Shown here: positions 1-9,041 of the stretch, piece by piece
Position numbering within the stretch: the stretch's first letter is position 1
Layout of the letters: the number at the start of each line of letters is the position of its first letter
Origin: Prochlorococcus marinus subsp. pastoris str. CCMP1986
GTDB lineage: Bacteria > Cyanobacteriota > Cyanobacteriia > PCC-6307 > Cyanobiaceae
Length of the DNA stretch: 32,000 nucleotides
Direction: 5' to 3'
Assembly: GCF_000011465.1 (NCBI RefSeq)
Contig: NC_005072.1
Coordinates: 540,001 to 572,000, forward strand
Notes under the pieces: model-generated
The model's database searches: none
What the model saw: the letters and a program-made list of their open reading frames with translations, nothing else
Told to the model about the DNA's origin: nothing
Made by a program: the position numbers and the translations under genes

Positions 1-228
1 CTGTCGCTATATAACTTAACTTTCTACCGCCCTTACCAATACCAGCAACTCCGGTATCTCCGAGGTTAACGCCTTTTGCTTCAAGAAGTGCTTCATAAAA
101 AGCAGTGAAATTTAAACGTTCGCTTCCATTTTTTTCGTGGAAACGTATCCACATTTACGAACAAGATCTGACTTGCTAACATCACCAAGTTCTTTAACTT
201 TAGCAAGGAGATCGCTACCACTTAGCAT
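1..228 (-). pseudogene. cyAbrB-type (AbrB/SpoVT family) transcriptional regulator, N-terminal part; the gene runs off the window start and its reading frame is broken at an A7 run
   Basis: Manual translation of the minus strand from ATG at 228-226 gives MLSGSDLLAKVKELGDVSKSDLVRKCGYVSTKK, then MEANV and a stop at 114-112. Reading one base back from position 130 gives NGSERLNFTAFYEALLEAKGVNLGDTGVAGIGKGGRKLSYIAT, open to position 1. As I recall the family, both halves match the conserved N-terminal region of cyanobacterial cyAbrB proteins, whose AbrB domain is C-terminal and lies outside this window. The break is at the T7 run at 129-135 (A7 on the coding strand). Confidence 0.6.
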
Positions 229-324
229 AATAAATTAATAAAAAGTTATTCTTAAATAACATAGCAATTAGTGAGTAATTTGTGCAATTATTAAGCATGT
301 ATTTATTCAATTAGTTATCTTTTA

Positions 325-597
325 ATGATGGAAAAATTTATAGTATTTGGGAAGTATTGTGACGATGCAATTAACAAAAGGGAACCATTTCGTAAAAATC
401 ATCTTGATAGACTTGGGGATTTAAAAGATAGAAACATTTTAATTACTTTAGGACCTACTAAATGTACAAAATATTTATTTGGTATTTTTAACGCTAATAA
501 TGAAAATGAATTAAGACAATTAATTGAGAAAGATATTTATTGGAAGGAAGGTATATGGATTGATTTTGATATTTATCCATGGATCCAAGCATTTTAA
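325..597 (+). CDS. YCII-related (YciI-like) small protein
   Basis: 90-aa ORF. The pattern NHLDRLGDLKDRNILITLGP ... ENELRQLIEKDIYWKEGIW ... IYPW fits the YCII domain signature (H..rl..l...G.l...Gp ... DPy...g). It is divergent from the cyAbrB gene. Confidence 0.65.
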   Translation: MMEKFIVFGKYCDDAINKREPFRKNHLDRLGDLKDRNILITLGPTKCTKYLFGIFNANNENELRQLIEKDIYWKEGIWIDFDIYPWIQAF

Positions 598-813
598 AAA
601 AGTATATATATTAAAAAACGATAATCTTTTAGCTAATTTTATTTATAATTAGAATGTCAATTATTTTTTAAAATTGTAAAAATAAGGTTTTTATTTATAG
701 AAAAAATTAAAAATAAATAATAGAATTTTCAATAAAAAATGTTTCTTAAACACTATGTATATATGGTTATTTAAGTTAGTTTTTAAATAAAAAAATTGCT
801 AAGTTTAAATATT

Positions 814-1134
814 TTATTTACTACTGTCTTTTTTTATTTGGTTCACTAGGGAGTCGATATCTAATTGATTATATGGGTGGGTTTCTTTTATTCCTTGAGA
901 ATTTGTCGGAATATTGTTTAGCCAATTTTGTTCTATCTTTATGAGATTTTTAACAACATTGAAAATACCTCCTTTTTTATAAAATTCTTTAACTTTTTGG
1001 GAGATTTCGGAGGTTCGGCTTGATTTGAGATTTAATTCATTAGCTAGATCTTTTTGTGTATATCCATGGGATTTTAACCAATCTTTAATAAAAGATATAA
1101 GTTCTTTCTCTTCTCCCTGTGATAGTTTACTCAT
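814..1134 (-). CDS. Small helix-turn-helix (XRE-like) protein, function unknown
   Basis: 106-aa ORF. The segment GYTQKDLANELNLKSSRTSEISQKV looks like a classic XRE-type HTH. Its ATG overlaps the stop of the upstream DUF1232 gene by 4 nt (ATGA at 1131-1134), implying translational coupling. Confidence 0.6.
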   Translation of the reverse strand: MSKLSQGEEKELISFIKDWLKSHGYTQKDLANELNLKSSRTSEISQKVKEFYKKGGIFNVVKNLIKIEQNWLNNIPTNSQGIKETHPYNQLDIDSLVNQIKKDSSK

Positions 1135-1505
1135 TTAACAAAAGGGAACAATTTATTAAGTTTCCTTTCTGCTCTTGCTCTTATTGCAGGAGTCATATAT
1201 CTACTCCATATACTTAAAACTGCAGTGAGAGCAACAAAGTCATCACTGTAACCTACTAAAGGCATAAAGTCAGGAAATAGATCAAATGGCATTATTAAAT
1301 AAGCGAGTGCGGCCATTAAGGAAACTCTTACTTGTGTTGGAGTAAAAGGATCGAGAGCCATTTCTAGAACTTCTAAAGCTGGTTTTGCAATAGTTCTACC
1401 AGCTCTTATTAAGATTTTTATAATTATATTTTCATCTAATGATGAACTTTCTAAAACCTCTGCATCATAAATTTTTTCTTTGTCTTTGTAATAGCTATCA
1501 TTCAT
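1131..1505 (-). CDS. DUF1232 (YkvA-like) membrane protein
   Basis: 124-aa ORF with the hallmark DUF1232 motif PFDLFPDFMPLVGYSDDFVALTAVL, flanked by hydrophobic segments. It starts 5 nt after the sigma-factor stop codon. Confidence 0.7.
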   Translation of the reverse strand: MNDSYYKDKEKIYDAEVLESSSLDENIIIKILIRAGRTIAKPALEVLEMALDPFTPTQVRVSLMAALAYLIMPFDLFPDFMPLVGYSDDFVALTAVLSIWSRYMTPAIRARAERKLNKLFPFVK

Positions 1506-1510
1506 GATTT

Positions 1511-2434
1511 TTAGCTAACACTATCAACTAGTCCATTTTGGATTCCTGCTTTCCTAAGCTTTCTCAAGGCTCTTTGTACAACTTGTCTGCAATATTCTCT
1601 ACTACAACTCATATGTCTTGCAACTTCAGCCAAAGTTCTCCATTCATTTGAACCATCTAAACCGAATCTAAGGCTTACTATCTTTCTTTCTTTTTCAGTA
1701 AGATTTGCCTTGTCTAATAATGTCCAGGCAGAGGCTGTCCTCTCAGCTAGTTCTGCTAATTCCATTGGAGGCGTTTGATCGCTTGGCAGAATATCAACAA
1801 GTTCAGATGGATCCGACTTGGATTTTACCGTACCTTGAAGACTTACTGTTATACTCCTTAATTCGCAAGAAAGTAGTTCATCTATCTCCTCTTTAGTAAT
1901 TTTCAGTTCATTTGCTAACTCAATGCTAGTGGGAGGAAAACCTTTAAGTTGCATTAATTTTGATTTTGCTGCTCTTAATTTAGTAAGCTTTTCATTAATG
2001 TTTACCGGTATTCTTATTGTTCTACTTTGCGTTGAGAGTGCTCTGTTTAGTCCCTGCCTTATCCACCAGTAAGCGTAAGTAGAGAATCGATGCCCCCTTG
2101 AAGGATCATATTTCTCTACAGCTCGCGTAAGACCAAGAGTGCCTTCTTGAATTAAGTCTAATAAATCTAAACCTTTTCCCTGATATCTTTTTGAAAGATT
2201 TACTACTAATCTTAGATTTGCCGTAATCATTTCATTCTTAGCTTTTTCACCAATTTTTATTTTCTTTTTTTCCTCTTCGGAATATTCACAATCGGGACCT
2301 TTTCCACCGGCTGTTTGACATCTATTGATAAGTACTACCATTTCTTGGACTTTTCTTCCCATAGTGAGTTCCTTCTCTGGTGTCAAAAGTTGATGACGAC
2401 CTATTTCTCCAAGAAAATCGCTTAATGAACTCAC
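1511..2434 (-). CDS. RNA polymerase sigma factor, sigma-70 family (group 2-like, no region 1.1)
   Basis: 307 aa. Region 1.2 is FLGEIGRHQLLTPEKEL; region 2 is ANLRLVVNLSKRYQGKGLDLLDLIQEGTLGLTRAVEKYDPSRGHRFSTYAYWWIRQGL; region 3 contains RTIRIP; region 4.2 is TLAEVARHMSCSREYCRQVVQRALRKLR. The start is GTG at 2434-2432, with an in-frame TAA two codons upstream, and the first ATG would delete region 1.2. Confidence 0.93.
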   Translation of the reverse strand: MSSLSDFLGEIGRHQLLTPEKELTMGRKVQEMVVLINRCQTAGGKGPDCEYSEEEKKKIKIGEKAKNEMITANLRLVVNLSKRYQGKGLDLLDLIQEGTLGLTRAVEKYDPSRGHRFSTYAYWWIRQGLNRALSTQSRTIRIPVNINEKLTKLRAAKSKLMQLKGFPPTSIELANELKITKEEIDELLSCELRSITVSLQGTVKSKSDPSELVDILPSDQTPPMELAELAERTASAWTLLDKANLTEKERKIVSLRFGLDGSNEWRTLAEVARHMSCSREYCRQVVQRALRKLRKAGIQNGLVDSVS

Positions 2435-2494
2435 GATTTACACCTTTACGTAATGTATTTAACTTATAGTTAATTTCTTAATAAGCTATACATG

Positions 2495-2540
2495 TAATAA
2501 TTAATTAATAATTAATTAATAATTAATTATTATTATTATT
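2495..2540. repeat. Perfect tandem repeat (TAATAATTAAT)x3 followed by (ATT)x5, inside a 55-nt pure A/T tract
   Basis: Read directly: the 11-mer copies are at 2495-2505, 2506-2516 and 2517-2527, then ATT x5 at 2526-2540. There is no G or C from 2495 to 2549. The tract lies between the hisIE stop (2581) and the sigma-factor GTG (2434). Confidence 0.95.
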
Positions 2541-2580
2541 TATTAATTTGATTAAATTTATAGATTCAAATTATATATAT

Positions 2581-3246
2581 TTAATTATTTTTTCCCCTTC
2601 TTGATTCAAGAACATTTAGTACATCTCTCCACTTAACTCCCTTATATATCAATGCAACTTGGAGATGATAAATTATATCAGAAGCTTCATTTGCAATCTC
2701 ATCTTTGTCATTATCTTTGCAAGCCATAATAAATTCAGCAGTTTCTTCTCCTATTTTTTTTAGGATAGTATTACTACCTTTTGTTAACAAATGATTTGTA
2801 TAACTTTTTTCTAGAGGATTAATTGATCTTTCATGAAGTGTATCAAATAATTCTGAGCAAATATTAGAAAAAGGACTTGTTTTCTTTGCTGTTTTATTCA
2901 TTGAAATACTATCTATTTCATTGAAAAAACAACTTTTTTCGCCTGTATGGCATGCCCCTGAGCCATTCTGTTCTATCGAAAGAACAAGTGCATCATTATC
3001 GCAATCAAATCTAATTTCTTTAAGAAATTGGGTACTTCCGCTCGTTGCTCCTTTTCTCCATATTTCGGATCTAGATCGACTCCAGTAATGTACATTTCTT
3101 GTTTCGAGTGTCTTATTTAAGGATTCTTTATTCATCCAAGCCAGCATAAGAATGGATCCGTCTAGCCAATCTTGTGCTATTGCAGGGATTAATCCTTTAT
3201 TATCAAAACGAAGTTCTTCTATGGAAAAATTTTTTGAATAAGCCAT
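2581..3246 (-). CDS. hisIE: Bifunctional phosphoribosyl-AMP cyclohydrolase / phosphoribosyl-ATP pyrophosphatase
   Basis: 221 aa. The HisI part is GLIPAIAQD...MLAWMN...HYWSRSR..WRKGATSG..Q.....DCD.DALV......GACHTGE.SCFF. The HisE part is SYTNHLL.KG...ILKKIGEE..E.......D.....EASD..YHL.V. Confidence 0.95.
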   Translation of the reverse strand: MAYSKNFSIEELRFDNKGLIPAIAQDWLDGSILMLAWMNKESLNKTLETRNVHYWSRSRSEIWRKGATSGSTQFLKEIRFDCDNDALVLSIEQNGSGACHTGEKSCFFNEIDSISMNKTAKKTSPFSNICSELFDTLHERSINPLEKSYTNHLLTKGSNTILKKIGEETAEFIMACKDNDKDEIANEASDIIYHLQVALIYKGVKWRDVLNVLESRRGKNN

Positions 3247-3309
3247 TATATTTAATGTGTTAGACCTCTTACTCTTTGTTTTACTAAAGTTTATCTTATC
3301 AGTTTATTA

Positions 3310-3774
3310 ATGGATATTCATTCATCAAAATTTTCTTGCAGCAAAAGTTATGAGGATTTTCCCTGCTCTCATAGGCAATGGCGCCATGATGGACACTGTA
3401 GATTTGTTCATGGTTATTCAAGGACATTTACCTTTTGGTTCACTGCGAAAGAATTGGATAAAAATGGTTTTGTCGTTGATTTTTCTGGTTTGAAACCTCT
3501 TGAGAAAAGGCTTAAAGAACAGTTTGATCATACATTTCTTGTAAATAGTGATGATCCTTTATTAAATTACTGGAGGAAATTACATGATTTAGATGCTTTG
3601 AATTTGAAGATTATGGATAATGTTGGAATGGAATATTCTTCTGAAATGATTTGGCAATGGGCTAATGAATACTTAAAGGATAATGATAAAGAAAGAACAT
3701 GCTGCTGGAAAACTGAATCAAAAGAAAATAAATCAAATTCTGCTAGTTATGAAAGATTACCAGAGTGGTTTTAA
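3310..3774 (+). CDS. 6-pyruvoyl-tetrahydropterin synthase family protein (PTPS/QueD-like)
   Basis: 154 aa with CSHRQWRHDGHCRFVHGYSRTFTFWF and DHTFLVNSDDP, typical of the PTPS fold and its Cys/His catalytic and zinc-binding motifs. Confidence 0.85.
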   Translation: MDIHSSKFSCSKSYEDFPCSHRQWRHDGHCRFVHGYSRTFTFWFTAKELDKNGFVVDFSGLKPLEKRLKEQFDHTFLVNSDDPLLNYWRKLHDLDALNLKIMDNVGMEYSSEMIWQWANEYLKDNDKERTCCWKTESKENKSNSASYERLPEWF

Positions 3775-3827
3775 GATTTATTTAAAAGTTTATAAACAAA
3801 TTTAAAAATAATACTTTAATCAAAATA

Positions 3828-6410
3828 TCAATTTACAAATATGCATCCATCTTTAATAGAAATATAAACCTCTTTTTTATTTAAGTAATTGTTATTGAGA
3901 ATATTATTTGCAATTTTTGTCTCGATTTCTTTTTGAATAATTCTTTTTAATGGTCTTGCTCCATAACTATTATCAAAACTATTTTTGACTAGATGGTCAA
4001 TAGCCTCATCTGTAATTTGAAAGTTTAAGTCTTTTTTGATAAGCCTATTTTCAAGTTTTTTTAGTTGTAATTTAGCTATATCTTTTAATTCATTTAATTC
4101 CAAATTTTGAAATATTATTATTTCATCTAGGCGGTTTAAGAATTCTGGTTTAAAAAATTTCTTCAATTCAACATTTACAATATTTTTAATTTCATTTTTA
4201 TCTTCATTCCTAATAGATAAATCATTTATAGATTGACTTCCTAAATTACTTGTAAGAACAATTATTGAATTTTTAAAACTAATTGTTCTGCCTTGCCCAT
4301 CGGTAATAATCCCATCATCAAGAACTTGTAATAAGACATCTAATACATCTTTGTGGGCTTTTTCTATTTCATCTAGGAGTATAAGAGAGTAAGGGTTTTT
4401 TCTGACTGCTTCGGTTAATTGGCCTCCTGATTCAAAACCTAGATACCCTGGAGGGGCCCCAATAATTTTACTTACAGAATGCTTTTCCATATATTCAGAC
4501 ATGTCTAGTCTCGTGATTGATGAATTCGAGTCAAATATTGTTTTGGCTATTACTTTGCTTAGTTCAGTCTTTCCTACTCCTGTTGGCCCTAAAAATAAAA
4601 AACTAGCTATTGGTCTATTAGGATCATTTAGTCCTGTCCTTGATCTCTTAATTGAATCTGAAACGGCGCATATAGCATTATTCTGACCAATAATTTTTTC
4701 TTTAAGAGTTAATTCTAGTTTTAAAAGTTTTTCTTTTTCAGATTGATTTAAATTATTTACTGGAATAGAAGTCCACTTCGAAACAACTTCTGCTATGTCA
4801 TCAAAATTAACTTCTTGCCTTAAAAGATTCTTTTCACCACTTTTAAAAGAATCTACTAAATTCTCACTTTTGATTTTTAATTTCTTTTGTAAAGAAATTA
4901 AGGTTCCAAATTCTAATTCTGCAGCTTTATTGAGATCAAAACTTCTTTTGGCTTGTTCAATTTTTAATTGAGTAGATTCAATTTCTTCTTTTAAATTACT
5001 AATCTCGTCAATTTCTTCTTTCTCTTTTTGCCATTGATGGTTTAATTCAGATTGCCTAATCTTAAGATCGTGAAGCTCATTATTAATTCTTTTAAGCCTT
5101 TCTAAAGAAAAATTATCTGATTCCCTTTGTAAGGATAAATTCTCCATTTCTAGTTGTAAAACTTTTCTATCAATCTCATCAATTTCTTCTGGTTTGGATG
5201 TTATTATCATATTTAATCTTGAAGCCGCTTCATCAATTAGATCGATTGCTTTATCTGGTAGGAATCTATCATTAATATATCTTTCACTTAAGCTAGCAGC
5301 AGCAACAAGAGCATTATCAGAAATTCTTACACTATGATGAACCTCATATTTTTCTCTTAGCCCTCTAAGTATTGAAATCGTATCATCTACTGAAGGAGCG
5401 TTAATTTTTATTTTCTGAAATCTCCTTTCAAGCGCAGGATCTTTTTCAATATTTTGTTTGTGCTCATTAATTGTCGTAGCACCTATACATCTTAATTCCC
5501 CCCTTGCGAGCATTGGTTTTAAGAGATTACTGGCATCTAAAGAGCCTCCAGTTGCTCCAGCACCAACAACTGTATGAATTTCATCTATAAAAAGAATAAT
5601 CTTACCTTCAGAACTTTTAACTTTTTTTAAAACATTTTTAATTCTCTCTTCAAATTCGCCTCGGTATTTTGCTCCAGCTATTAATGAACCCATATCGATT
5701 GATATCAATTGCCTATTATTTAATGAAGATGGGACATCTCCATTAACGATTCGCTGAGCTAAACCTTCTACTATTGCAGTTTTACCTACTCCAGGTTCTC
5801 CTATTAGAACAGGATTATTTTTGGTTCTTCTGCTTAATATTTGGATCGTTCTTCTGATTTCTTCATCCCTCCCAATAACAGGGTCAAGGATGCCATCCCT
5901 AGCTGATTTTGTAAGATCAATGCCGAATTTATCTAAAGTTTCATTTGAACTTTCAAAATTATCATTAATCGTGGATTCAGATTTCATCTTATTTAAAAGT
6001 TCTAAAAATTCAGGGATTTTTTTTGTATTTAAAACTAATTCACTGCAAATCTCATCATAAGACAAACCGTAAAGTATGTGTTCTGTTGATATCACTACAT
6101 CATTAAACGAAACTCTTAAATCATTTGCTTTTAAAAAAACTTTTTCTGTGGTTTCTCCTATGAATAGAGTTTTTTGTTTATTCTTCATTTTTGCTTTCGC
6201 ATCTAATAAAGAAGTTAACTTTGTTTCTATCTTTCTAATATTTACACAATTTTTTTTTAGTATTTTAGAGGTTAAAAGATCTTGTTTTATTAGTGCAAGT
6301 AATATATTTTCAGAATCTATATTTTGCTGAAAATTATTTTGTGCAATTTCCTTTGACAAAATAAAAATGTCCCAAGCAGAATTGGAGAATTCACTTGGGA
6401 CAAATTTCAT
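3828..6410 (-). CDS. clpB: ATP-dependent chaperone ClpB (Hsp100 disaggregase)
   Basis: 860 aa. Two AAA+ modules with Walker A motifs GEPGVGKTA and GPTGVGKTE, a long coiled-coil middle domain between them, and a Clp N-domain at the N-terminus. Confidence 0.95.
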   Translation of the reverse strand: MKFVPSEFSNSAWDIFILSKEIAQNNFQQNIDSENILLALIKQDLLTSKILKKNCVNIRKIETKLTSLLDAKAKMKNKQKTLFIGETTEKVFLKANDLRVSFNDVVISTEHILYGLSYDEICSELVLNTKKIPEFLELLNKMKSESTINDNFESSNETLDKFGIDLTKSARDGILDPVIGRDEEIRRTIQILSRRTKNNPVLIGEPGVGKTAIVEGLAQRIVNGDVPSSLNNRQLISIDMGSLIAGAKYRGEFEERIKNVLKKVKSSEGKIILFIDEIHTVVGAGATGGSLDASNLLKPMLARGELRCIGATTINEHKQNIEKDPALERRFQKIKINAPSVDDTISILRGLREKYEVHHSVRISDNALVAAASLSERYINDRFLPDKAIDLIDEAASRLNMIITSKPEEIDEIDRKVLQLEMENLSLQRESDNFSLERLKRINNELHDLKIRQSELNHQWQKEKEEIDEISNLKEEIESTQLKIEQAKRSFDLNKAAELEFGTLISLQKKLKIKSENLVDSFKSGEKNLLRQEVNFDDIAEVVSKWTSIPVNNLNQSEKEKLLKLELTLKEKIIGQNNAICAVSDSIKRSRTGLNDPNRPIASFLFLGPTGVGKTELSKVIAKTIFDSNSSITRLDMSEYMEKHSVSKIIGAPPGYLGFESGGQLTEAVRKNPYSLILLDEIEKAHKDVLDVLLQVLDDGIITDGQGRTISFKNSIIVLTSNLGSQSINDLSIRNEDKNEIKNIVNVELKKFFKPEFLNRLDEIIIFQNLELNELKDIAKLQLKKLENRLIKKDLNFQITDEAIDHLVKNSFDNSYGARPLKRIIQKEIETKIANNILNNNYLNKKEVYISIKDGCIFVN

Positions 6411-6476
6411 TTAAACGAATGTAATTAATTTAATTAATAAAATAGTTAGTAAATATTTTTTAATTAATTAGGTATT

Positions 6477-6827
6477 TTATTCAACAATTACTTTCCCTAC
6501 CATCCCTGCACCTCTGTGCGGCTCACAATAGTAATCAAAAGTTCCTGCTGTATCAAATGTTTCTTCCCATGATTCGCCAGGAGCGAAGGCTAGATCAGCA
6601 TGACTTAATTCTTCATGGCCATCAAAAACAGCATTATGAGGAGCTAATTTATTATTGATGAATTTAACAGTATCACCTGTACTGATAGTTACAGAACTTG
6701 GTTCAAAAGCTAACATCCCAGCGTCAGTACCAAGCTTAACTTCAACAGTTTTAGCAGAAACAGAAGAAATTCCAAGTCCTAGAGTTAAAACTATTGCAAA
6801 AAAACCTGCAAAGATTGAACGTAACAT
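6477..6827 (-). CDS. petE: Plastocyanin precursor
   Basis: 116 aa. It has an N-terminal signal peptide ([17 protein letters not shown]). The type-1 copper ligands are PHN and [17 protein letters not shown] (Cys-x2-His-x4-Met). Confidence 0.95.
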   Translation of the reverse strand: MLRSIFAGFFAIVLTLGLGISSVSAKTVEVKLGTDAGMLAFEPSSVTISTGDTVKFINNKLAPHNAVFDGHEELSHADLAFAPGESWEETFDTAGTFDYYCEPHRGAGMVGKVIVE

Positions 6828-6885
6828 AATTTAAATTTATTATTTATATATATTACAAGGTTTTTGGAACTAAATCGCGAGAAGT

Positions 6886-7869
6886 TTAATTGATATTACA
6901 ACCTGGTAACTTTGCTAACCTTAAAACATCTTGCAGGGATCTGGCATAACTTTTTAAATTTAATTTCTCAGGATTAGTTATGGGCACATGGTTAAAGTCA
7001 TATTTTTTTATGCTGAAGCTATCCCAAGGAGTCATTTGAATAGGAAGCACTCTTAATAATATTTTCATTATTGTTTTTGTTAAGGGAATGGAAAAGTATC
7101 TATTCATTCCGTTTCTCTTTAAAAGGATATTTATCGCATCATCAATTGAAATAAAGTTTTGACCTAATACAAATTTTTTGAACCCTTTGTAATTCTCTTC
7201 TTTATGATTTTTAATTAGAAACCCACAAATTTGTGCAATGTCATTGGCATGTATAAAGTGAAACTTTGAGTCAAGTTTTAGAAATCTTGCTATCCAAAGC
7301 CATTTATTTATTTCTTTCAATCCGCTTGTTAAATAGCTCGCGGGATACTTACTTCTTTTATTAAGAGTCCCTCCAAAAACTAATGTAGGAAAAACTGCGA
7401 ATGTTTTTTCTGCAAATGAGCTCTCTTTAAGTCTTTCAAAACACTTATATTTTGTTTGAATATATTCTGTTCCATAAGTTAAAGATTCCCTCATTAATTC
7501 ACATTGTTCGTTGAGTATGCTGGCTGTTGAAAAATAAATTATTTTCTCTAATTTATCTTTTTCAAGCATTCCTAGTAACTCTTCGAACGCTTTTATGTTT
7601 ACATCATAGGCTCTTTTTGGATCACCCCAAGCAGTCGCAGTGTGGATAAGAAAATTTACCTGACTAATTTCTTTACTAAATCTATCGCATTCTCTGATAT
7701 CACATATAAGCAATTTAATCCGTTTGTTTTTCTGTATAGCAAGGGGGAGCTTATTTTTATCTCTTACCATGAGATAAAGCCTATATCGGGTGTTTCTTAA
7801 AAACCAATCAATCAAATATTGGCCAACACATCCGTTAGAACCTGTTATTAATAAGTTTTTAATTGCCAA
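6886..7869 (-). CDS. NAD(P)-dependent epimerase/dehydratase family protein (SDR superfamily)
   Basis: 327 aa with an N-terminal Rossmann motif LLITGSNGCVGQYL. Length and layout fit an extended SDR. It starts 8 nt after the hemE stop. Confidence 0.75.
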   Translation of the reverse strand: MAIKNLLITGSNGCVGQYLIDWFLRNTRYRLYLMVRDKNKLPLAIQKNKRIKLLICDIRECDRFSKEISQVNFLIHTATAWGDPKRAYDVNIKAFEELLGMLEKDKLEKIIYFSTASILNEQCELMRESLTYGTEYIQTKYKCFERLKESSFAEKTFAVFPTLVFGGTLNKRSKYPASYLTSGLKEINKWLWIARFLKLDSKFHFIHANDIAQICGFLIKNHKEENYKGFKKFVLGQNFISIDDAINILLKRNGMNRYFSIPLTKTIMKILLRVLPIQMTPWDSFSIKKYDFNHVPITNPEKLNLKSYARSLQDVLRLAKLPGCNIN

Positions 7870-7877
7870 AATTTAAA

Positions 7878-8918
7878 TTAATAAGTTAGTTTTTTACCAT
7901 GTTCAAAAAATGTTTTAGCATTTTCTTCTGGTGTGCCTGGTAAAATTCCATGACCTAAATTAAGAATATATTTTCTCTCTTTTACTTTATTGAAAGTATT
8001 ATCGATTCTCTCTTTTATTGAATCTTTATTTCCAAATAATATACCTGGATCAACATTTCCTTGTATTCCAATTCCTGTAGGGATTCGCTTGCAAGCCTCC
8101 TCAATATCTACAGTCCAGTCTAGTGAAATTATATCTACACCAGTTTTAGCCATTCTTTCTAATACCCCAGCACTGCCCGATATATACAATATTATCGGAG
8201 TATCTGGGAATTCTTCTTTAACGATGTCAACAACTTTCTTTTGATAAGGGCCAGCAAAAATATCGTAGTCTTGAGGACTTAATTGCCCTGCCCAAGAGTC
8301 AAAAATTTGTACAACTTGAGCGCCAGATTTTATTTGATACTTTAAATACTCACCAATGGATTTTGCAAAGTGATCTAGAAGTTTGTGAAGTAAATCAGGT
8401 TCTTTAAAAGCCATTGATTTTATTAAAGAATAATTTTTACTGCTTTTACCTTCAACGACATATGCAGCCAAAGTCCAAGGCGCCCCAACAAAGCCAAGAA
8501 CCGTTGCTTCATTTTTTACATCTTTTTTTAATGATGAAAGGACTTCTCCCACAAAACTTAAACTTTCGTTCGGAATTAATTCTTTCAACTTTTCTACTTG
8601 GCGAATATTTCTTATGGGATCTTCTATTATTGGACCCTTACTTTCTATTATCTCAAAGTTGATCCCCATTCCAGGAAGAGGGGTAAGTATATCTGAAAAA
8701 AGAATTACACCATCTGGCTTGAAAGCCAAAAAAGGTTGCATTGAAATTTCATAAGAGAGTTCTGGGTTCTCAGACCTTTCCCTAAAGCTTGGGTAGCGTT
8801 CTCTTAAATCTCTGTAAATCTTCATATATCTGCCTGCTTGTCTCATCATCCATACTGGAGGCCTATTAACTTTCTTTCCTAAGGCAGCAGATAGTAAAAG
8901 TGGTAAATTCTCACCCAT
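7878..8918 (-). CDS. hemE: Uroporphyrinogen decarboxylase
   Basis: 346 aa with the signature [12 protein letters not shown] near the N-terminus and a conserved C-terminal LNLGHGILP motif. Confidence 0.96.
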   Translation of the reverse strand: MGENLPLLLSAALGKKVNRPPVWMMRQAGRYMKIYRDLRERYPSFRERSENPELSYEISMQPFLAFKPDGVILFSDILTPLPGMGINFEIIESKGPIIEDPIRNIRQVEKLKELIPNESLSFVGEVLSSLKKDVKNEATVLGFVGAPWTLAAYVVEGKSSKNYSLIKSMAFKEPDLLHKLLDHFAKSIGEYLKYQIKSGAQVVQIFDSWAGQLSPQDYDIFAGPYQKKVVDIVKEEFPDTPIILYISGSAGVLERMAKTGVDIISLDWTVDIEEACKRIPTGIGIQGNVDPGILFGNKDSIKERIDNTFNKVKERKYILNLGHGILPGTPEENAKTFFEHGKKLTY

Positions 8919-9041
8919 TTTTTGAGTACAATATGATTTTTTAAAAATTAAAAATCTTTAACTTAAAAATTTTAAAACGTGGAGCAGATTAAAATCACTA
9001 TGTGAAGAATTAAATCAAATTGACCAATAAATAAACCTTTA

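Noticed and set aside
2495-2540. The tandem 11-mer array considered as a possible CRISPR or mobile-element terminus.
   Set aside because: The copies are contiguous with no spacers and are only 11 bp long. There are no cas or transposase genes and no matching inverted copy elsewhere in the window. It is a simple AT-rich microsatellite-like repeat, reported as a regulatory or structural curiosity instead.
3787-3796. A 10-bp palindrome GTTTATAAAC between the convergent PTPS-like and clpB genes, considered as a possible bidirectional terminator.
   Set aside because: A palindrome with no loop cannot form a meaningful hairpin, and it is AT-rich and short. Such palindromes are expected by chance at this base composition.
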